Below the pieces are notes generated by a model, which made no database searches, was not told the origin of the DNA, and saw only the letters and a list, made by a program, of their open reading frames with translations. Positions 57,986 to 64,000 of a stretch of DNA of 64,000 bases are shown piece after piece. Where the stretch lies: the NCBI GenBank assembly GCA_002633005.1, contig NMRA01000750.1, positions 62,001-126,000 on the forward strand, written 5' to 3'. The first letter of the stretch is position 1. Every line of letters begins with the position of its first letter. This stretch comes from Phoronis australis. Its lineage: Eukaryota > Animalia > Phoronida. The position numbers and the translations under genes are program-made.

Positions 57986-59374
57986 TAAGACGCAAATTTT
58001 GTTCCAAAATTTTGTTGTCTTTTGATTTTGTCATTTTTGGATACTATTGTGTTGTTGTGGCAGGAAGACCAATCAATAAGTGACTATTGCGTTTGTTGAT
58101 CATGTTATTTATCAGTGTTGAATTTTTCAAAAAATTGTTGAAACATAGTAAGATGAAATTAACAGGACGTAGCGAGTAGTGTTCATTGGAAAGCATTCCT
58201 GGAAGATGTAGGAATTATCATGTCACAAAGGGATTACTCGGAGGAGTAACTGGATGATTATGTAATGATATATTAGCCAATTGCCGTGGGCATCTTGGCC
58301 TTTGCTGTCCCTTTTAATGTACAAGTGGAAACAAACAGCCAATCAACAAGTTCTTCATGGTTTTGAGTGTTTAAGTCCGATTGGTGCTTGTTAGTTTTGT
58401 AAAATTTGGAAGAGGAATTGCACTTGTAGGTCGACAATAGTCGCTGCGGGTTCGTATTCCCACATGGTATGGAAATGTGAAAATGAGTTTTTCAGACTTA
58501 CTTATGCACGTGTATGTTGGGATTTAGGAAATGGTTGATGTTTAGTTCGAGTGCCACACCAATTCATTTTCATGAAATGGATTTCCTTTTCTTTGATGTC
58601 TTGTGCTAGTTGGTTGATTGACACAGTGTTCTTTTTTTCTTGAATTTTTTCAAGTTATCGTTTTCTTCAGCAAAAGGGGTCAATTTTCTTGGTGCAAAGC
58701 TCGAATCTCTTGTATGTTTAGAAATAGTTTAAAAAACATACTTTTTATTATTGAACAGAATGGTTTTGGGAAGAGCCCTACCAGTCATTTGGTTTCTGTT
58801 GTGGAGGCTAATTGAAATCATTCTGTAGAGGGTACATCGCAGAATAGCTCTCAGTTGTGGCGGACTGGTGTTGTCCCTCAGCCGATGGATAGAATAGTAG
58901 TAGCAGTAGTAAATCGCGTAACACCTAGTAAATATGTTGAAATGGTGGTAACAAATAATTCAGTATGGGGAAAGTAATATTAAATATCATTTTTGCAACT
59001 TATTCCGGATGGTAGATACAATTAAAAAGTCATTCATCAGATTTAAGTGCTTTGAATATTTTTTACAAGTTAAGTTTGGATTTAATAAAATATCAGTTGT
59101 GTAATTTTAAAAAAATTAAAATAGTGGTGAATTAAAAAGCTTTCATTGAATATGGATCTGATTCGTGCAACTTGGTATGTTTTATCTGTTTTAAATTTGC
59201 AATTGACCATTTTTTCTGCTGAATCTCCAGCTTGAGTATACATTTTGTCTGTCCGTTTGTTTGCTTTCAACAAAGAGGTCACCGAGTGTATCTTCGGTTT
59301 CATCACCATGTTGATTGTGCCATAGTGCTTTACATGAGAATCAACTGCAATCAAACTGCGTTACAATGAACCTG

Positions 59375-59615
59375 GAGCCCATTCCAAGAAAACTAAGCAG
59401 AGACAAATTTTACGATTTGTTTGAAGTTTAAGAACTCAGTTTTGAGATAAAACTTAAATTTGTCCAAAGTCTGTTCGAAGAAAATTATTTTAAGTTTTTG
59501 ACTGAAGTTTTGTATTAAATTTGACTAACTTACCGGATGTGGAAATTTCAGAGTTTGGAGGTTGAGACAAATCTTGGTAAAAAACAAACTGAAGTTGGTT
59601 TCTTGGAACGGTCCC
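59375..59615. mobile_element. PIF/Harbinger-like MITE family 3
   Basis: GAGCCCATTCCAAGAAA / TTTCTTGGAACGGTCCC, CTG on both sides. Confidence 0.7.
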
Positions 59616-61162
59616 CTGAGTTAAACATTATCTATGTCTCAAGACAGTGCCATCTTTCGGCAGTTCATTCTAAGGTGCTGAATTATTACATTATTGCCTT
59701 GCCTCAAAATAAAATGGAAGAACACTGTAATCACTTAGGTAACCTTCACGTTTAGGCTTTGTAAATGCAGGTTGGAGGTCGGACCGTCTGTTCATATCTG
59801 CTGACTCCTGATTGCATAGAGAATACGCGAGCCCAACTAGTGGATCACAATTTTTACCAAACTGCAGCTTTCTTAGAAATTCAGGTATTAAGGTCCGTCC
59901 TCTTTGTTTGTGATAACTTCATGACTGGAAACTTTTAATGGTGTTGCTCATTATGGGAGAGATTCTTATTCTCTGTCAGTATTAGTGACAGAAATACATC
60001 ATGTTAAGCATTGTAACCATTTGTTATTAACAGTGGTAACGCAGTTGAAGTTTTCTTACTTATAATATACTGAATCGACTTACATAAAATAACAGAAGAC
60101 ACCTATGAAGTTGACTTATTTGCACTTACACAACAGACATGCCCACACAAAGTGCTGTCACTTTGGTTATCGATTGCATTTTGATTTTCAGCCGACTGAG
60201 ATAAATATCCGTGCCATGTGCGAAACATGAAAGCCAAAACTGCAAAAACTTTTGATGCAGTTTCAATTAGTAGAGTGTGCTTTTTACAGCGATACTCTGC
60301 CATAGTTGTGAAAAAGAACAACATGGCAGAAAACAAAAAACTCCACGAAGGGTACTTAATAAATTATTATTTTGTATCACAATGACACTACATTATTAAA
60401 AGGATACTAAAGCCGGTTTCGACGACTTCAATCAAGGCCTTGTTCTGCCACCTGCCAATGCACCACTGGTGCCACACATGGGTGATAAAAGCAGAATTCA
60501 TAACATTCATACTCTCCCAAGTCACAAATTGGGCATTATGGTTCTTGGTGCGTGGTCTTCCCTACAGTTGTACGAGTCGCCTAAAGTGTATGCCACGCTT
60601 GCCCATTGATCATAAATAGTAAGGGGTTTATAAATTTTGCTCCAATCTTTGAGAGGGTTACAGAGCAATATTTTGCTCAGAGAACTGGATGGGAAAGTTC
60701 TTTTCAATATCTGTTAACAGGACAAAAACGGATTTGGTATCCCTTTAACGGACAATGGAATATAAGCATGTAAGGTTGATGTATACAGGTTATCCTCTAT
60801 GTTATGCTGCACCTTATTCTACATCTTTCGGCTGAAACATTTTTCATGAAGTTTCTGATTTAAAATTTTGTACAGACACGACACTGAAAAATTGGTCACA
60901 TTAAGTTTAATTTCAGTATTGCAATGAGCTCAGATCAGCCAATTTTGACTGGTTTTGAATTAAACCACTCACTGGGTATAATAGAAATTACTGCTGGACT
61001 TGGGAAGCTTTTTCCTAAAGCCGATTCACTTTTAACGACAAAAATGTGACACGAAAAACACCAGAGCTGACAAATGGTAGCCATGTCACGCAGCGATTTG
61101 AAAACTGCTCTTGAACAATTTGAACTATTGAAAGTCTCTGAATAACCAGGTGAGTCTTCATA

Positions 61163-61228
61163 TTATGTCCGGACCTGGAATCTTCCAGCTTTTGTGACGT
61201 ACTTCACACCCTTGAAAGGTTTGTATTT
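61163..61228 (-). CDS. AP3M1: AP3M constitutive terminal coding exon
   Basis: gctttcag|AAATACAAACCTTTC...CGGACATAA; 21 aa plus stop, phase 0. Confidence 0.93.
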   Translation of the reverse strand, partial: KYKPFKGVKYVTKAGRFQVRT

Positions 61229-63471
61229 CTGAAAGCAAAATTGCACAAATCACCTTTGTAATATCTACTGTATATTGAGAAATGAATTCAATTGCTTTGA
61301 TTAGATCTCAAAATGACTGATGCAAAGCACAACTCTGAACTGGAATAACATTTGATTAACATGTAATTAGAACTCACACATGACCATAAGACCACGTGTA
61401 ATTTCCTTTTCTAACGTGTGCTGGCTTAGAAAATAAATTGAATTTTGTCAAAATTTATTTGGCTATGTTAAAGTCATGGTGAAAGTTCAGAAGCAAACCA
61501 AGCATTAAATTACACATGAATTGCAAAAACGAGCGGTAGTTAAATGAAATAATTTACTTAATGTAACATTAGTTTCGCGCACACGTGACTACCCCACGGC
61601 AAAAGTTTGAAAATTGCAAGTCATTTGCAGTAACAAATATTTAACTAATTCCAAATCGTAAGCCTTACCTCAACAAATAGGAAATGATTTTAGTAATTAT
61701 TTACTTTGAAGAGCAATGTAAGACCATTTTGCCGAAAACTGTAATTTCCCTTCACAAGAACACATGTTTTGTTGCCATGGAAACGTTGTCATACCTCGCC
61801 ATACATATCCACTCTATTCACTCTCAGGCCAGACACCGCCACACTATTAATATGATATTTAACCTAAAAGCAAACAAAACCAAACACATGGGGTTGGTGG
61901 AAACTCCTTTCCTGCAACACAGGGTTGTACAAAACAAAAACATATAGGGGTAACAAAAAACAGCAAAGCAGAGGGACATTAACATAAACAAAGGATCAGT
62001 GGGAGCCACTTTCCAGCATCCCCAGACATCCTCCTCAAGCAGCGTCAAGCATATTCAGACCAAAAGCTTACAAAACTTATAGCCGAAACCTCCTGAGCTG
62101 AAGGTGCTTCTAGATACCAATGCAACTTTGTAAAGGTCAAACTGGGAACAATTATAATGCGTATCTTCTCCAATGCTCAGCTTTTTAGTTGAAGTCATTC
62201 AATTTAATTCAAATGTATTGCCACTACTACACCAGTATTTGCACAAAATCTTGCCATTAATTGCAACTTGTTCATACATTTTGGAAAAAGCCACGCAAAG
62301 GAGCATTAGTACCTAGCTTGGCACAACATCTCAGCGGAAGACAAAAAACTACAGATGCCCAGATACTGCTGCAGAACATAAAGATGAGCTGCCACAGCAA
62401 TGCTACCTCAGCAAACATATCCATACGATTGACCTTCAGTCCTGACATGGCCGATACCAGCCCGTTGATGACAAAATTAACCTGCAATAGTACACTAAGC
62501 TGAATGAAGCTACAGCACGTGTATTGGATAACAAGCAATTTCCCAGGGGGGGGGGCACTCTCAACCAGTTGCGTAAAGAGATATGCAACAGGTTTTTCTC
62601 GGGCAGTTTCATTTTTCAGCCATACAACACAAGGGTATGTTTAAGGCACAAAATAAAACCAGTTTCCAGCAAAACGGACTTCCAGTAGCACAACGCCCAT
62701 TCAAAACAAGGTCAGATACCCCCGGTCGGCGAATGAGATGCTGCGTCAGACAACGGGGGTGATGAGTAAGGCATGCAGGTCACAGACTAAAAACCAAAAT
62801 AAAGTTAACAGCGAGCAGGCATGTAGAGATGCTTCTTCCGTCTTATTTAGTTGAAACTCTAATGTGGACAAACTTGACACACTGGGTAATTTTGCTCCAA
62901 AACTAGCGTTTGCACGAAATTTGTGTCATGTTATTCTAAAAATGAAAAGCACAAACTCAAAAACAGAGGATCTGTAGAGAACAGGAAATAAATCACAAGT
63001 TATAGTGAACAGTCAATGGCTGTGTGTTCATCACATATTAATTAATTAGCTTTCATGAGCACCGCTTCAGTAATATGAGGAGTAACTTGGTCCAACCAGT
63101 TTCACACAATGGTAAGCGTTCCTTGTTTTTATTTAGTATACGAAAAATGAATGGAGAAATTATAAAGGTGATTTAGCACTTCTTGCTCAGAATGGAGTAC
63201 ATTGGTGTTATCCTTGGCTTAATAAACAGCTTCATTCCTTACGCCGCCATTTTTGACTTGACAATGTTCACTCGATATAGCTTCAGCAACTCGTTCAACT
63301 AAACAAAACAAAAAAGCAGTCTCTGCATGGCAGCAAAGCCCTGAAATCACAATGGCAGACAAATTAAGTACAGGGCATTAAAATGTCATCATGCGGGAGT
63401 ACCTCTCCATACATATCGAGACGGTTGATTCGGTTCCCCGAGATGGCCACAGTAGTAATGTGGAAATACAG
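61163..63471 (-). CDS. AP3M1: AP-3 complex subunit mu, 3' end (terminal exon plus alternative penultimate exons); rest of gene beyond window
   Basis: Terminal exon 61228-61163 encodes KYKPFKGVKYVTKAGRFQVRT*, nearly identical to the mu3A C-terminus. It is preceded by three homologous exons ending in NRxDM(Y/F)xE. Confidence 0.93.
61795..61863 (-). CDS. AP3M1: AP3M alternative penultimate exon C (VKYHINSVAVSGLRVNRVDMYGE)
   Basis: 69 nt, cttttag acceptor, GAG|gtatga donor, phase 0-0, open frame. Confidence 0.85.
62407..62481 (-). CDS. AP3M1: AP3M alternative penultimate exon B (VNFVINGLVSAMSGLKVNRMDMFAE)
   Basis: 75 nt, ttgcag acceptor, GAG|gtagca donor, phase 0-0, two-codon insertion relative to exons A and C. 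Confidence 0.8.
63403..63471 (-). CDS. AP3M1: AP3M alternative penultimate exon A (LYFHITTVAISGNRINRLDMYGE)
   Basis: 69 nt, gttccag acceptor, GAG|gtactc donor, phase 0-0, open frame. Confidence 0.85.
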
Positions 63472-64000
63472 CTGGAACGGAATTACGTCATGAACAATTA
63501 ACACACAGTTTGACGATGTTAGTCATTCTTCTTAAAGGCAATTAAAGCACAGGACACTACCGCATACATCCAAGTTAATGCACAGGGTGTTTAAACTGAA
63601 AAAAAGACACATTTGGAATTCAGCCGAACATTCAATTTAAAGCTGCATTTCACCACGTTTAGCAGGTTGAAATCGAATTACGCATTTTACTCTCCAAAAA
63701 TTGATCTCTCGTAATTCCTTACCGCAACAGGATTCCATTTCTATAACCCACAAGAACATCAAAAACCATCAGCAACTAAAGAAAATTCTTAAGAATTTAT
63801 AGGCATTAGACAACCCTAAGATTAAGGATTTGAAAATGACGCATTTACGCATTGCATGCGAATTGAGTTACAAGCTCATTCAACAATAATTCAAGATTGG
63901 ATGAGTGTGGTAATGTTTTTAAACCCCAAAGTGGTTGGGTTAAGAATTCAACATTGACAGCTAACAGGGAGAAATGCAGTGGCAACAGTCGCCAGTCAAC

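Noticed and set aside
58430-58470. Isolated B-box-like motifs (also about 35190 and about 44005)
   Set aside because: No convincing A box or cloverleaf.
62060-62790. Further AG...GT segments at about 62066-62135 and 62720-62786 as additional AP3M variants
   Set aside because: No similarity to the SGxxxNRxDM motif, and lengths are not frame-preserving.

Overview
Intron-rich genomic DNA from an invertebrate animal (the repeat types suggest a lophotrochozoan such as a mollusc; species not determinable), with two N-gaps (40647-40951, 48156-49057). Manual splicing of GT-AG exons gives six genes in strictly alternating orientation: APC (+, 5' end outside window), SRP19 (-), MNAT1 (+), a UPF0449/C19orf25 homolog (-), a UCP-type SLC25 mitochondrial carrier (+) and the 3' end of AP-3 mu (AP3M, -). 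SRP19/MNAT1 and C19orf25/SLC25 are head-to-head pairs with ATGs about 300-360 bp apart. A decayed TE cluster (L1/Tx1, Penelope, RTE-X-like, Academ-like, Kolobok-like) lies at 33-45 kb and MITEs are scattered through introns. The best novel candidate is a set of three tandem homologous alternative exons in AP3M that vary at residues of the YxxPhi cargo pocket. Also notable: co-location of the vertebrate APC neighbour (SRP19) and APC2 neighbour (C19orf25), and a Tau-like KXGS nonapeptide array in APC. Homology calls come from remembered motifs; no database search was run.
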